Below are positions 40,398 through 59,945 of a stretch of DNA of 64,000 bases, piece after piece; position 1 is the stretch's first letter, and the number at the start of each line of letters is the position of its first letter. Under the pieces are notes generated by a model. The model worked only from the letters and a program-made list of their open reading frames with translations, made no database searches and was not told where the DNA came from. The translations under genes were made by a program, and so were the position numbers. The DNA is from Eledone cirrhosa (taxonomy: Eukaryota), in NCBI GenBank assembly GCA_964016885.1, contig OZ024742.1, positions 323,392,001 to 323,456,000 on the forward strand, written 5' to 3'.

Positions 40398-41572
40398 CTC
40401 TTTTACTCTTTTACCTGTTTCAGCCATCCGGCTGAGGCCATGCTGGGGCACTGCCCTTGTTGCTACACATTTTATCTCCAGCCTGTATAGGTTGGCCACT
40501 GGTGTAAGAGGGAGTTTGTTGCTGCTGCCCTTAGGTTTCCCTCGTGTCTTGCTGTGGGCTCATCCGGGATCCTGGATAACAAGGTGTCGAGATGTTTCTT
40601 AAAGACATCCACCTCCACGTCATGCAAGTCTTTCAGATGCCTCGGCAGCCTGTTGAAGAGTTGAGGGCCCTTGAATCCCAGGCTATTGCAATACCTGCTC
40701 CTTATTCTAGATGTGGAAGACGGGACCTTTGGCACCACACAGTGACGTCCTGTTCGACGGTTGGTCCAGCTCCCAATGCCAAAGTTTGGTGCTAGTCCCT
40801 CCAGGATTTTCCACATGTAGATCACTGCGTATCTCTCCCGTCTTCGCTCCAAGGAGTAGAGGTTCAGTTCCTTCAGCCTCTCCCAGTAGCTTGTCTCCCT
40901 CATCTTGGCAATCCTCTTGGTGTAGCTTCGCTGGATTGCCTCAAGCTCTGTGGTTAGTTTCACACTATGGGGTGACCACAGCTGGGAGCAGTAGTCCAGG
41001 CGGCTTAGGACAAAAGTCCTCCACAGTGTCAACATGGTGTCTCGATCTCTTGTAAGGAAAGTCCTCAAGATCCAGCCAGCGAATCGTCTACATGCTGTCG
41101 CCACCTTCATGATGTGTGAAGAAAAAGATGCATCATCGCTCATGTCTATGCCCAGGTCTCGTATCGATTTTGACACGGGGATATCGGTCCCTCCTGGTCC
41201 TGTGTAGCTGTGTTCCGCTATATTTGTGTTTGTGTTTGCAGGTTTGTATTGTAGGGCTTGGAATTTGCCAGCATTAAACTGCATGTTGTTTTCTTCCGCC
41301 CATCTGTATATGGCATCCAGATCCTGCTGTAAGAGGGCAGCGTCAGCCGGGTTTTTGATTGCCTGTGCTACCTTAGTGTCATCAGCATAGCTAGTGAGGG
41401 ATGTTGTTGCATGCACCACAGAGGGCATGTCCGAGAGAGCCACCAAAAACAGTAGTGGTCCCAGGACTGTCCCCTGAGGCACCCCACTTGTTATCGGTGT
41501 TTCCCTCGAGAGGGCCCCATTTGCTGCGACTGCCTGGCTTCTGTCCCTCAGGAAGCCATGCAGCCACTCACC
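40396..41572 (-). mobile_element. 5'-truncated CR1-group LINE with open RT C-terminal frame (40472-41572) and (AAAAGAGT)n tail
   Basis: [15 protein letters not shown]...[45 protein letters not shown]; no stops in this frame. Confidence 0.92.
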
Positions 41573-41674
41573 TATATGTATGTATATATATATATATATG
41601 TATGTATATATATGTATATATATATGTATGTATATATATATATGTATGTATATATATATATATATATATGTATG

Positions 41675-41707
<33 letters not shown>

Positions 41708-41756
41708 GTATGTATATATATATATATGTATGTATATATATATATATGTATGTATG

Positions 41757-41791
<35 letters not shown>

Positions 41792-41884
41792 ATATATATG
41801 TATGTATGTTTATATATATGTATATATGTATGTTTATATATATGTATGTATGTATGTATGTTTATATATATGTATGTATGTATG

Positions 41885-41949
<65 letters not shown>

Positions 41950-42020
41950 GTATATATATATATATATATATGTATGTATATATATATATATATATGTATG
42001 TATATATATATATATATATG

Positions 42021-42067
<47 letters not shown>

Positions 42068-42086
42068 ATATATATATATATGTATG

Positions 42087-42125
<39 letters not shown>

Positions 42126-42166
42126 GTATGTATATATATATATATATATGTATGTATATATATATA
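41573..42166. repeat. (TA)n/TATG microsatellite
   Basis: Read directly; includes a local TGTTTA variant. Confidence 0.97.
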
Positions 42167-42392
42167 TCATCATCATCATCATCATCCTTTAACGTCCGTG
42201 TTCCACGCTTGCATGGGTTTGGACGGGGGTTTTCCCACTTGAGGCAAGAGTGATTGTCTTGCTCGCATAGGACTGTCTGGCAGGCTTTCTACAGTTGGAT
42301 GCCCTTCCTAACACCAACCACATTTACAGTGTGGGTCTGGGAGGTTTTTACCGTGTTGCCTACACGGCCACATTACAGCGTGGACTGTGTGT
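42167..42392 (-). mobile_element. RTE 3'-end-only copy
   Basis: (CAT)n ctttaacgtccgtgttccacgcttgcatggg...cagcgtggactgtgtgt. Confidence 0.9.
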
Positions 42393-42730
42393 AATGGCAA
42401 TACAATATGAAAACAAAAAAGGAAATAAAGGAAGGAAAAAAAAATTTAGCAACAGGGATGGAGTGAGATTCTACACCCCAGTCTGAGCAGTACATTTCAG
42501 TTGTGCCTCACAGACAAAATGACAAAGACACTGCCTTAGAGAATTTCCAGCAGTACTCACTACAACAGTCACCCTAGATTGTGGAGCTAGTAAGAATGTT
42601 CATCGCAATACTGTTATTTTAAATATCTATTAAATTATAATGTTATCTACTAAACTATCTTCATTATAATGTAATCATCTAAAATCTTATCTGACAAACT
42701 ATAAAGTAAGAATTTTCATTGTATCGTTAT

Positions 42731-42926
42731 TTAATCCTTTAGCATTTACATTACTCTATATATACTATTGTATTTTCACTATAAAGGCTTTATCTCACCT
42801 GATATTGAATCTATTAGATTTTGATAACAATACCTTAAAATAGGTATGAGTAGCCGGTTACAGCCAGTTTGAAAGAGGTGAAAGAATTCTGGCCAGATAT
42901 GGCCTGTTTAAATGTTAAAGGGTTAA
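42731..42926. mobile_element. piggyBac-like MITE
   Basis: TTAA|tcctttagcattta ... taaatgttaaaggg|TTAA: imperfect TIRs with a TTAA duplication. Confidence 0.55.
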
Positions 42927-43261
42927 AATGTTATCCAGCATACCTCCATTAACAAGAAGAGCTCTGCAATAAATAAAGACATTCTACAAAATCTTGGGAC
43001 TGTTGCTGGAGATGATATCAATTCTGTTCTTGAGTTATATGCTTTCTCACAACTGAAATAAAAGAGAAGAAATATTGAAGGATTAAATAACAAACATACA
43101 TTGTTCATTATATGTCAGCCAAGACAATTTCCATATAGATATGAAAGAGAAAGAAAAAGAGCCAACCATCGGATTCGATCAAGGAAACCGTTTCCATTGG
43201 TCTTTCCATTGCTGATAGTATCTACTGGGCACAACAGAAGTTTCATTATATGTATCTATCA

Positions 43262-44085
43262 GGATAGTGGATTGGCAGAATTGTAGAGCTTCGGACATGC
43301 TTAATGGTATTGACTTACAACCCTTTGCGTTGAGTTCAAATCCCACCAATGTTAGCTTTGCCTTTCATCCTTGTGAGATCAATAAAATAAAGTACCAGTC
43401 ACGTACTGGTATCGATTTAATCAACATTCCACTCACCCAAAATCGTTGGTCTTGTGCCTAAATCAAAACCCATTATTGTTATTAATAATACTCAGTGGAA
43501 CATCAGACAAAAGTCCTTGCTGTATTTAGTTATGACACTTTACATTTTAAGTTCAAATCCTGCTGTGGTTGACTCTACCTTTCATGTTTCCAGCATTGGC
43601 AGTGAAAAACTTTGTTGCTGTAATCAATTATATACGTCCCCGAAAATATGTAGCTTTATGTTCATGTTAGAAACCATTGGCAGTATCAGTAGAGGGTCTG
43701 ACGCCATGCTTTGACGCAAAGAGTTCCGTCCCTTTACGATCTGAGTTCAAATCCCGCCGAGGTTAACTTTGCCTTTCATCTTTACGGGGGTTGATAAACT
43801 AAAGTACCAGTAATGCACTGCGTAATTGCTGGCGTTGTGCCAAAAGTAGAAACAATTATTATTATTATTATTATTAGGGGCGGTGGATTGGCAGTATCGG
43901 TAGAGGGTCAGACACCATGCCTTGACGCATAGAGCTACGGCCCTTGCCATTCTGAGTTCAATTCCCGCCAAGGTTAAACTTTGCCCTTCATCCCTACGGG
44001 GTCAATAAAACAAAGTACCAGCAATGCACCGGGACAATTGCCGGCCCTGTGCCAAAAGTAGAAACAATTATTATTATTATTATTA
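43262..44085 (+). mobile_element. Head-to-tail array of four tRNA-derived SINEs
   Basis: Units start at ~43262, ~43490 (decayed), ~43677 and ~43876. Each has gttcaa(a/t)tcc and ctttcat; the last two end agaaacaattattatt. Confidence 0.8.
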
Positions 44086-44333
44086 CTGCAACTTTTCAGT
44101 CAACAGCTTCAAAGGAGAACCTGTAAACATGCAATTACACCGACAGCTTAGCTGTTGTTAAACTCATTTATTTTTCAGATAAATATTTTTTACACCTGTA
44201 GTGTTTATTTCTCTACATAACTTACATATGTAAAATATGTAACTAAAAAAATATTTTTGTATAATTAAGCGGATCTTTATTTCCATTAGATTTTTACACG
44301 AAAATGTACTATCCAATTTAACTCACCATCCCG

Positions 44334-44335
<2 letters not shown>

Positions 44336-44377
<42 letters not shown>

Positions 44378-44426
44378 ATATATATATATATATATGTATG
44401 TATATATATATATATATATATGTATG

Positions 44427-44466
<40 letters not shown>

Positions 44467-44470
44467 TATG

Positions 44471-44511
<41 letters not shown>

Positions 44512-44562
44512 ATATATATATATGTATGTATATATATATATGTATGTATATATATATATATG

Positions 44563-44607
<45 letters not shown>

Positions 44608-44714
44608 ATATATATATATATGTATGTATATATATATATATGTATGTATGTATATATATATATATATGTATGTATGTATATATATATATATGTATGTATA
44701 TATGTATATATGTA
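44336..44714. repeat. (TA)n/TATG microsatellite
   Basis: Read directly. Confidence 0.97.
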
Positions 44715-47346
44715 TCATCATCATCATCATCATCATCAACGTTTAACGTCCGTGTTCCACGCTTGCATGGGTTTGGACGGGGGTAGTCCCACTTGAGGCA
44801 AGAGTGATTGTCTTGCTCGCATAGGACTGTCTGGCAGGTTTTCTACAGTTGGATGCCCTTCCTAACACCAACCACATTTACAGTGTGGGTCTGGGAGGTT
44901 TTTACCGTGTTGCCTACACGGCCACATTACAGCGTGGACTGTGTGTTTTTTTGTCGTGACACCTACACGATCTCATTTGTTTCGGCCTCGATGGCGCGGC
45001 ACCAACATAACTTTACATAGAACGGGGTGGTGTGGATCGGGTGGGGGTGGTGGTGGTGGGACGGGGTGTATTTTGTTAGAGATGCCTACTGGCTGGAGTA
45101 GGTTTTACTATATATTTAGGTAAGGCGGGTCTTCTCTGTTACTGAGTACCGCCAAAGGTCTCGGTCCAGTGACATTGTCTTGGAGAGGTGTAAGTGTGTG
45201 ATGTCGGAGTTTATCAGCTCGTCCCAGGTTTTTCTAGGTCTGCCTATTCCGTGACTACCGTCTATCTTTATTGCCCTGCACTTTGTTATACAGCTATCGA
45301 CTTTCATGCGCATCACGTGTCCATACCAACGTAGCCTTCTCTCGAGTAAACAACATCTGATCCCTCTTATCTCTAATTTTTTCCTTAGTTCGTTTATGCT
45401 TTGCCGTTCACGTATATTACTGTTACACATCCAGCGGAGCATGCAAGCTTCGTTCCTCTCTAGTCTGCGTATATCCTCTGCACACAATGCCCAGGTCTCA
45501 CTGCCATGCAGCATTGCTGTTCGTATGCAGGCATCGTACAACCTGCCTTTCATTTTTAGTGAGAACCCTTTAGCAGCTAATAGTGGTATAAGCTCTCTGA
45601 ACTTTTTCCAACCAGTTCTGACTCTAGCTACAGTACTTTCAGAGCACCCTCCCCCACTGCTGATTTTATCGCCCAGGTAACGGAAGCTGTCCACTATTTC
45701 TATAGAACCCTCTGCGCAATTGAAAGAGCTAGTAGTTTGTGGGCACTTGCTGCTACTTATTGCACCAGAGCACCGGCCACATGTAAAATCTATGTTCTTA
45801 GTTAGCTTACCTGTGATCCCACTACATCTTTTATGCACCCATACTTTGCATTTAGGACATAAAATGGAGTTTCTACCTACGCCTTTCCTACACACCGAGC
45901 ACGACCATTTCCGAGAAGGGACCGCCGCCTTGTTTTCTTTCCTACAAACTAGTACTTTGGTCTTAGCCAGGTTAATTTTAAGTCCTTTTGACTCTAGGCC
46001 GTGCTTCCATGTTTGGAATTTCTTCTCTAGCTCGGCCATTGATTCCGCTATGAGTGTCAGGTCGTCTGCGTATAGGAGTTCCCATGGGCAGCCTGTCTTG
46101 AACTCCTCTGTTATAGCCTGAAGGGCAATAATAAATAGTAGTGGACTGAGAACAGAGCCCTGATGGACGCCAACTTTTACGCTAAACTCTTCACTATATT
46201 CGTTGTTAATTCTAACCTTGCTGACTGTTTCTTTATACATGGCTTGTATAGCCCTCACAAGCCATTCGTCAACGCCTAGTTTATTAAGAGCCCACCAGAT
46301 AATGGAGCGGGGGACTCTGTCGAAGGCTTTCTCCAAGTCGACAAAAGCTAAGTAGAGGGGTTTACCTTTAGCTAGGTACTTCTCCTGTAGTTGTCGTACT
46401 ATGAAAAGAGCGTCTGTGGTACTTTTGCCTGACACAAACCCGAACTGCATTTCATCTAGGTCAATTCTCTCTCTGATTAGTTGCGCTATTACTCTTTCCG
46501 TGACCTTCATGACCTGGTCGATTAATTTAATGCCTCTATAGTTACTCCTATCTAGGGCGTCTCCTTTACCCTTATAACAGTTAACGATGATGCTGCTATG
46601 CCAGTCCTTCGGAACAACCCCATTCTGTACGACTTGGTTAACTATGCGGGTGACCATGGTGTGTCCCACCGTGCCAGATGCCTTCAGCATCTCAGCAACT
46701 ATTTCCGAAGGCCCAGCCGCCTTACCAGTCTTCATATCCTTGATTGCCTTACTTATTATACTCCCCTCGACTAACACTGCTGGTCCCTCTATTGGGTCGA
46801 TATGGGGGAGACTGCCTTTCTCCCAGTTATTCTCCTCATTTAGAAGCCTTTCATAGTGACACTTCCAAGCTACCTTCTTATCAGCGTCGGTGATGGCAAG
46901 TGTGCCATCGTCGTTTAGTACACACTTCTCCCCGACAATATCACGGTTTTCCTTGACGCATTGCCTAGCAATCCTGAACACCTCACGTTTTTGGTCATCG
47001 CGTTGTAGAACATGCTTGAACTTTCTTTCCTCAGCTTCCCTTCTTGCTAAGTACACTTGTCTCCTAGCTTCCCTCCTGGCCACTTGATAGTCCTCTCTAC
47101 TTCCCCCATCCCGCCATACTTTCCAAGCCTGCTTTTTGGCCTTAATTGACCCCTCCACCTTACTGTTCCACCACCATGTTACTCTCCTCCTGCCTACAGG
47201 CCTGCTCCAGCCACAGACCTCGTCTGTCGCCAACAGCAGGTTTGCTTTCAGAAATTCCCACTCTCCCTCTATATTGTCGACTCTAAATGTTCTTCCTTAC
47301 TGTCGAAAGCATCAAGTAATATGCTTTGAAATTTATTCCTGGCTGG
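44715..47346 (-). mobile_element. 5'-truncated RTE-clade LINE (2.6 kb; RT present, APE endonuclease missing)
   Basis: Contains ORF 45116-47233, a ~400-bp 3' UTR and a (GAT)n tail. Homology continues upstream with a frameshift to 47346, where it joins TA repeats. Confidence 0.95.
45116..47233 (-). CDS. RTE reverse transcriptase (partial) with PHD-like Cys/His insertion
   Basis: [57 protein letters not shown]...CPKC..WVHKRC...[24 protein letters not shown]. Confidence 0.93.
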   Translation of the reverse strand: MATDEVCGWSRPVGRRRVTWWWNSKVEGSIKAKKQAWKVWRDGGSREDYQVARREARRQVYLARREAEERKFKHVLQRDDQKREVFRIARQCVKENRDIVGEKCVLNDDGTLAITDADKKVAWKCHYERLLNEENNWEKGSLPHIDPIEGPAVLVEGSIISKAIKDMKTGKAAGPSEIVAEMLKASGTVGHTMVTRIVNQVVQNGVVPKDWHSSIIVNCYKGKGDALDRSNYRGIKLIDQVMKVTERVIAQLIRERIDLDEMQFGFVSGKSTTDALFIVRQLQEKYLAKGKPLYLAFVDLEKAFDRVPRSIIWWALNKLGVDEWLVRAIQAMYKETVSKVRINNEYSEEFSVKVGVHQGSVLSPLLFIIALQAITEEFKTGCPWELLYADDLTLIAESMAELEKKFQTWKHGLESKGLKINLAKTKVLVCRKENKAAVPSRKWSCSVCRKGVGRNSILCPKCKVWVHKRCSGITGKLTKNIDFTCGRCSGAISSSKCPQTTSSFNCAEGSIEIVDSFRYLGDKISSGGGCSESTVARVRTGWKKFRELIPLLAAKGFSLKMKGRLYDACIRTAMLHGSETWALCAEDIRRLERNEACMLRWMCNSNIRERQSINELRKKLEIRGIRCCLLERRLRWYGHVMRMKVDSCITKCRAIKIDGSHGIGRPRKTWDELINSDITHLHLSKTMSLDRDLWRYSVTEKTRLT

Positions 47347-49517
<2,171 letters not shown>

Positions 49518-49522
<5 letters not shown>

Positions 49523-49675
49523 CATCATCATCAACGTTTAACGTCCGTGTTCCACGCTTGCATGGGTTTGGACGGGGGTAGTCTCACTTGAGGCAAGAGT
49601 GATTGTGTTGCTCGCATAGGACTGTCTGGCAGGTTTTCTACAGTTGGATGCCCTTCCTAACACCAACCACATTTA
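49518..49675 (-). mobile_element. RTE 3'-end-only copy (~155 bp)
   Basis: (CAT)n caacgtttaacgtccg...ccaaccacattta|tata. Confidence 0.9.
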
Positions 49676-49749
49676 TATATATATGTATGTATATATATAT
49701 ATGTATGTATGTATATATGTATGTATATATATATATATATATATGTATG

Positions 49750-49785
<36 letters not shown>

Positions 49786-49823
49786 TATATATGTATGTAT
49801 ATATATATATATATATATGTATG

Positions 49824-49856
<33 letters not shown>

Positions 49857-49889
49857 ATATGTATGTATATATGTATGTATGTATGTATG

Positions 49890-49948
<59 letters not shown>

Positions 49949-49971
49949 GTATGTATATATATGTATGTATG

Positions 49972-50105
<134 letters not shown>

Positions 50106-50129
50106 TATGTATGTATATATATATGTATG

Positions 50130-50169
<40 letters not shown>

Positions 50170-50226
50170 TATGTATGTATATATATATATATATATATGT
50201 ATGTATATATATATATGTATATATAT

Positions 50227-50838
50227 TTGTGTCAGGTCACCAGTTGGTGCTACTGGTAACATGTATCCCAGTACAACCTGTCTCATGGTCGGGACGTTGG
50301 CGAGTAAACTGGCAACCCCACCAAGGTTTCTTGGTGAGGAGGGTTACTTTGGACATCCTGCAGGACTAAAAACAAAACCTGTCAAAGGGCAAAGGAGCTC
50401 TTAAGAGTCAATGGCCATCCAAAATCACCGGGAGAGATGACCCCTTAGCCTTTGTCAAGGCAGAATTCTAGGAGAAGGAAAACTCTGATATAACACCTGC
50501 AACCCTGATGGTATCCAATGATGTTGACTTGTTCTTCTTTTTGGTAAATATCATCTTGGTTAAGAGAGTGGGACTGGCTTTGTGCAGTGCCTTTGCTCAC
50601 TATAAAAGCTTCACGGCACAGGCATTGCTTTATATCTGGAGATCTCTCTGCACTTGTCCTCACATGGTACCATGGGGCCAGCACTATGTGTCAATAATTG
50701 TCACAAGTGTAGTGTTTGTACCAGAGTTTTCAAGTCGCTGGCTGGACTAAGAAGTCACACTCGTTCAGCGCATCGGTAGGGGTTCTCCTACATGTATATA
50801 AAGTAGTGGCCGTACTCGAAAACGAGTTGGCAGCCACC
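50227..50838 (+). mobile_element. Non-autonomous RTE-derived element (5' UTR-like part fused to a C-terminal zinc finger and 3' hairpin), running into (AT)n
   Basis: ctaggagaaggaaaactctgat resembles RTE 5' UTRs (from memory). 50693-50779 encodes [28 protein letters not shown]. Terminal hairpin actcg-aaaa-cgagt. A second copy at 62752-63153 has the same 3' end. Confidence 0.65.
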
Positions 50839-50875
50839 ATATATATATGTATGTATGTATGTATATATATATATG

Positions 50876-50914
<39 letters not shown>

Positions 50915-50981
50915 ATGGATGTATGTATATATATATATATGGATGTATATATATATATATGTATGTATATATATATATATG

Positions 50982-51053
<72 letters not shown>

Positions 51054-51056
<3 letters not shown>

Positions 51057-51914
51057 TCATCATCATCATCAACGTTTAACGTCCGTGTTCCACGCTTGCA
51101 TGGGTTTGGACGGGGGTAGTCCCACTTGAGGCAAGAGTGATTGTCTTGCTCGCATAGGACTGTCTGGCAGGTTTTCTACAGTTGGATGCCCTTCCTAACA
51201 CCAACCACATTTACAGTGTGGGTCTGGGAGGTTTTTACCGTGTTGCCTACACGGCCACATTACAGCGTGGACTGTGTATTTTTTTGTCGTGACACCTACA
51301 CGATCTCATTTGTTTCGGCCTCGATGGCGCGGCACCAACATAACTTTACATAGAACGGGGTGGTGTGGATGGGGTGGGGGTGGTGGTGGTGGGACGGGGT
51401 GTATTTTGTTAGAGATGCCTACTGGCTGGAGTAGGTTTTACTATATATTTAGGTAAGGCGGGTCTTCTCTGTTACTGAGTACCGCCAAAGGTCTCGGTCC
51501 AGTGACATTGTCTTGGAGAGGTGTAAGTGTGTGATGTCGGAGTTTATCAGCTCGTCCCAGGTTTTTCTAGGTCTGCCTATTCCGTGACTACCGTCTATCT
51601 TTATTGCCCTGCACTTTGTTATACAGCTATCGACTTTCATGCGCATCACGTGTCCATACCAACGTAGCCTTCTCTCGAGTAAACAACATCTGATCCCTCT
51701 TATCTCTAATTTTTTCCTTAGTTCGTTTATGCTTTGCCGTTCACGTATATTACTGTTACACATCCAGCGGAGCATGCAAGCTTCGTTCCTCTCTAGTCTG
51801 CGTATATCCTCTGCACACAATGCCCAGGTCTCACTGCCATGCAGCATTGCTGTTCGTATGCAGGCATCGTACAACCTGCTTTTCATTTTTAGGGAGAACC
51901 CTTTAGCAGCTAAT
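51054..51914 (-). mobile_element. 5'-truncated RTE copy (~860 bp)
   Basis: Nearly identical to 44715-45580; its frame [11 protein letters not shown]...KTRLT* runs out of the TA tract. Confidence 0.93.
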
Positions 51915-53045
51915 ATATATATATATATGGATGTATATATATATATATATATATATGGATGTATATATATATGGATGTATATATATATATATATATAAAA
52001 TTTCAGGTTATCAATAATGTAGTGATAATATATCGTTACGTTAGAGATGAACAGCGTACGTGCAGGTTTGCTCAACGAGTATAAATTATATTCCGGAGAA
52101 ATGTAGAAAGGATGAATATAAAATGAAAGTGCTTTTGTTAAAAAAGGAATTTATTAGGTATTGACATATGTTTCTGTAACGGACCGAATACCTATGTATC
52201 GCTGCTTGCGTAATCATATAATGTTAGCAAGTATTCGAAAGCAAATCTATAATCAGTTGTCACTTCTTCAGAGATTTTGGATAAACTGGATAAAATCAGA
52301 AAAATTGAAGTATTTATATTAGTAAAAGAGGAAGGAACAGAGGGGATAGAATATGACAGATGGTAAAATAATTTACTGCTAAACAAGTATATAATGGGTT
52401 TTTAATGAGAATACCATGAGTAAATCTAAATAAGAATTTTGGGAGTGCCAATTTTAATCTCTACTTGACCAACTGGACAGTGGACAAGGCTGGTCATTTG
52501 GTGCAGTAGTATTAATTATAAAGTGTCAATTGGGGAAGGGGGAGATTTCGATTGCTACTAAATAACATCAATGCTAGTATCCAGCTGGTATATGCACTAG
52601 GGAATTGAATCAAGAAATCAGAAATCTCATTTTATCTCTAGCAGTTTGTATTAAAAGGTAAATAATAGAAGAGTTGATAGAATTAAGACTAATAAAGAAT
52701 GTTCATATCTATTTTGACAATCAAACGGGGATGGAGACAGGCGTTCAATCCTGGTAGTATTTATAATATGAAAATGTAGATTTTAAGCGATGGTTACAGT
52801 ATAACGATCGCTCTATTCTGTTACTTAATAAAATGTTTTTGGATTTCATAATACAAAATAATTCTACATTACATAATTTACAAAATTCCTGTCCATTGGA
52901 CTATGGGGGGGCAGACGCTATTATATCCCATTTTAGGTGAAATTGTTGGTTATTTTCACGCAGCTGCCAAGCCTTGTCTGCGAGTGTTGTTACATAACGC
53001 TGTTTTCATGTTTTATCGAATAACGATGTCTATAAAGGCGTGATT

Positions 53046-56460
<3,415 letters not shown>

Positions 56461-56750
56461 TTCACTCTAGCAGTGAAAATACAGAGAGAAAGAAAGAGAG
56501 AAAGAAAAGAGGGAAAAAACGAAAGAAAGAAAGACAAAACGAAGAAAAGGAAGAAAAAGAAGAAAAAGAAAAAGAAGAAATGCATGGAACAAAATAGAGA
56601 GATGGAAAAATAGATAAAGTGAAGAGCTTCATGTAAAGAGACAGAAAGATATATATATATATAGAGAGAGGAAATAGAGATAGATACATATATATATATA
56701 GAAAATTAGGTAGTGGGAGGTCATTTTGAGTAAGTGTATCAATGATACAT

Positions 56751-56789
<39 letters not shown>

Positions 56790-57904
56790 GCTCAAGTATT
56801 AATGTAAGGGAGATATATAGAGAGATATAGAGAGAGAAAAAAATTTTAAAATATCCAGACATATTCGAGGCGTAGAAAACCCTATGTTTTAATGTATTAG
56901 TATTTATATATTTATAAAACTTACACTACACTGTAAATATCAGTATTCCTGAATGAAACAAGTATTCACAATGTGTGAAAATTCATTATCTTATGTTTAG
57001 TTTTAAAAATTCATATGTCTATGTGACAGCTACAAATCTCAATTTGAATCCAACTGATTCACTCCGCAAACTCTAAGTTATCGGAAAACATTCTCAACGT
57101 GGTATAAAAATTTGAGCGTATTATTATTCTTGCGATTACTCTACAAGATTATCTATCAAGCAGAAATAGAGAGCAGATTTCAATATACTAATCGAAAATA
57201 TATATTATATTATAAACATAATAATAAGTAAAAATATAGAATAGAAAACTAAAAAAATATTACGAAAGAATATTACATAATAAAAATATTGCATATTAAA
57301 AATACTACGTATTAAAAAATATTACGTATTAAAGATTTACATATAAAAATTTACATATAAAAATATACATATAAAAATTTACATATAAAAATTTACATAT
57401 AAAAATATATAAAAATATTTAAAAAATAAATAAAATAAAAATAAAAATATTATAGAATACTACAATACTAAAAGAATAAAAGTAAAAATAAAAATAAAAA
57501 TAAAAATAAAAATAAAAATAAAAATAAAAATGAAAATAAACCACAAAAAAACAACCCTTCAAAGTTAATTGACAATATATTGCCACGTTCACTACAAGAC
57601 AAAGCCAAAAATTATCTATCAAATCACATCTAGCAAAGAATATCGTAAAAAAGATTATGATGTCCAATTATGTCTACATATGTTCCTATGTTTAATATAG
57701 AAGTTTATCTAGTGTAAGGTTAATTCAAAAAATTTGGAGCATCGGCTTTTAGGGTAGCTTAATATTTCATGAGGAATGTTTAGATAAAAATAAAAATAAA
57801 TAAAATAAAATAAACAATAAAAAGAGTAAAACGAGGGAATCAAAGATTTAGGAATCAAAAGATTTATCGGCTAGTTCTCATAAATATAAATCAAACTAAA
57901 TATA

Positions 57905-59629
57905 CTACATTTTAAATTTAAATTTATATTTAAACGTTGAGTTTAATCTATGTTTGCAACAACTGAATAAATTTGTCCGTAGGTTAAGGGAGTTTTTAGA
58001 TTTTAGTATAAAGAATATCTCCTCTGCACAGAGGTCACATGTCTCAGAGGATGAATTAAAAGGAATCCCTCTTGAGACTATATTCCAAGCCGTCGAATAT
58101 CTAACGTTATCTAGCTTAAGTTGCCAGAGTACCCCTGATAGTGCCGTTGAAGATTTTTTATTTGGGTCTGTGAAAGAATTCTTGTGGTTATTATAGCGAA
58201 GTTTAAATTCCGTCGATGTGGAACCGACGTAGTTAAAAGAATTAGAGTCAGTATTAACATTACAATTGTATACTATATTTTTAACTAAGCAGTTGTTATT
58301 TAACGGACATTTAGATCTATCTCTACAGTTACATTTGTTAACTTGTATATTATTTATGCTATTATCAGTAGGTTTTAAGTTCCTATTATTTATTCTATTA
58401 ATATTTTGTGCTAAATTTTTGGTGGATGAGTAGGTTAATTTAATTGTATGCCTATTGAAGATTGAGTGATACCTATGTGTTCTAGGGAAGCGATTATCAA
58501 GAGCTTTGAAAAATAATTTAGCGATGTGGGTTTTAATGTTTAGTGAGAAAGGGGGGGCAAACCAAATTATGTTCCTAGTTCTATTTCTTTTTTGTCCTTT
58601 GGAATTATTGTAATGCTTTCTATTATAGTTGTTAATGTTGTTGCCGTAATTAAAAAAGTTGTTACTTTGTTTAGTTTGTCTATCATTATCTATGTATACA
58701 ATCTTATCAGCATACCCTGCCCTAGCTAGTGCATCATTATAGTATTGGGCCTTTTCGTCAAAAATCTTTCTATTCGACGAGATCCTAGAGATACGTTTTT
58801 GGACTGAGTTTACTATAGTGTTTTTGACAGATCTGGGGTGGTTAGAGTTAAAGTTGACATAGTTTAAGTTTTCATTCAACTTGTGAAAAGGATAGTGGAG
58901 ACATGTGTTGAGATTTAATGTTATATCTAGGAAATTGACTATTCTATGGTTGTTCTCAATTTCTATTTTAAGGTTAAAGTAATTAAAAAATTTTGTAATT
59001 TGTTTACATTTTCTATTTAGTTCAGGGTTATTATTATTAATAAGTAAAAGCATGTCATCCCTATATAAACCTCCGGTAGTACCAGGTATTTTCCTATGTA
59101 GCGAATTGATTAAAAATAAGCCCACAAGGTCAGTTACCTGAGCTGAGTCGGAAGATCCCATAGTTATGTCAAAATTGCTATCTCTATCTGCTCTAGTCCA
59201 TAATTTGTCATTAAATTCTATCAGAGTTTTCCTAGCCGATAATATAATATGCATTTCTTTGCTAGTTAGGTCCGTATGTTTGAATGCGTAATTTAGTGCC
59301 CTATTTAGTAGACTAGGGGTAATAGAAGAATAATAGTTAGCTATATCAAGTTGAATAAACCTATTATTATTGTCATATTTAATTTGCCTAAACCACTCAA
59401 CAACCTCTCCAGTTCCCTTCCACAAGCTCAGGTTAGATACACAATCCAAGTTCTTAATTTGCAGTATCACCCTGTCAAGAATGCTTTTACTTAATTTTCC
59501 CAGGTCCGATTTTGAAGGTGCGATCAATCTCACTGGCAGGTCATTTTCAAAATTGCTCTTGTGGTCCTTCATATTGATCTTCGGTTTCCTGGGCACGAAA
59601 GGTTGTGTTCTGTTCTCAATTTCCAACTC
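57905..59629 (-). CDS. Penelope-like element (Naiad-type) RT + GIY-YIG endonuclease, 5'-truncated
   Basis: MKDHKSNF...[73 protein letters not shown]...[23 protein letters not shown]...CKH. No stops over ~574 codons; the ORF-track N-terminus is microsatellite. Confidence 0.93.
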   Translation of the reverse strand, partial: ELEIENRTQPFVPRKPKINMKDHKSNFENDLPVRLIAPSKSDLGKLSKSILDRVILQIKNLDCVSNLSLWKGTGEVVEWFRQIKYDNNNRFIQLDIANYYSSITPSLLNRALNYAFKHTDLTSKEMHIILSARKTLIEFNDKLWTRADRDSNFDITMGSSDSAQVTDLVGLFLINSLHRKIPGTTGGLYRDDMLLLINNNNPELNRKCKQITKFFNYFNLKIEIENNHRIVNFLDITLNLNTCLHYPFHKLNENLNYVNFNSNHPRSVKNTIVNSVQKRISRISSNRKIFDEKAQYYNDALARAGYADKIVYIDNDRQTKQSNNFFNYGNNINNYNRKHYNNSKGQKRNRTRNIIWFAPPFSLNIKTHIAKLFFKALDNRFPRTHRYHSIFNRHTIKLTYSSTKNLAQNINRINNRNLKPTDNSINNIQVNKCNCRDRSKCPLNNNCLVKNIVYNCNVNTDSNSFNYVGSTSTEFKLRYNNHKNSFTDPNKKSSTALSGVLWQLKLDNVRYSTAWNIVSRGIPFNSSSETCDLCAEEIFFILKSKNSLNLRTNLFSCCKHRLNSTFKYKFKFKM

Positions 59630-59640
59630 ATGTATATATG

Positions 59641-59693
<53 letters not shown>

Positions 59694-59696
59694 ATG

Positions 59697-59734
<38 letters not shown>

Positions 59735-59902
59735 TATATGTATGTATATATATATGTATGTATATGTATGTATATATATATATGTATGTATATATATATA
59801 TATATATGTATGTATATATATATGTGTATATGTATGTATGTATGTATATATATGTATGTATGTATGTATATATATGTATGTATGTATGTATATATATATA
59901 TG

Positions 59903-59945
<43 letters not shown>

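Noticed and set aside
45306-47087. Plus-strand ORFs over the RTE, and similar ones over the CR1-group elements
   Set aside because: Antisense shadows of the RT frames.
57905-59629. Possible selenoprotein recoding, as reported for some Naiad PLEs
   Set aside because: The visible ORF has no in-frame TGA and its Cys motifs are intact; I could not identify a SECIS by eye.
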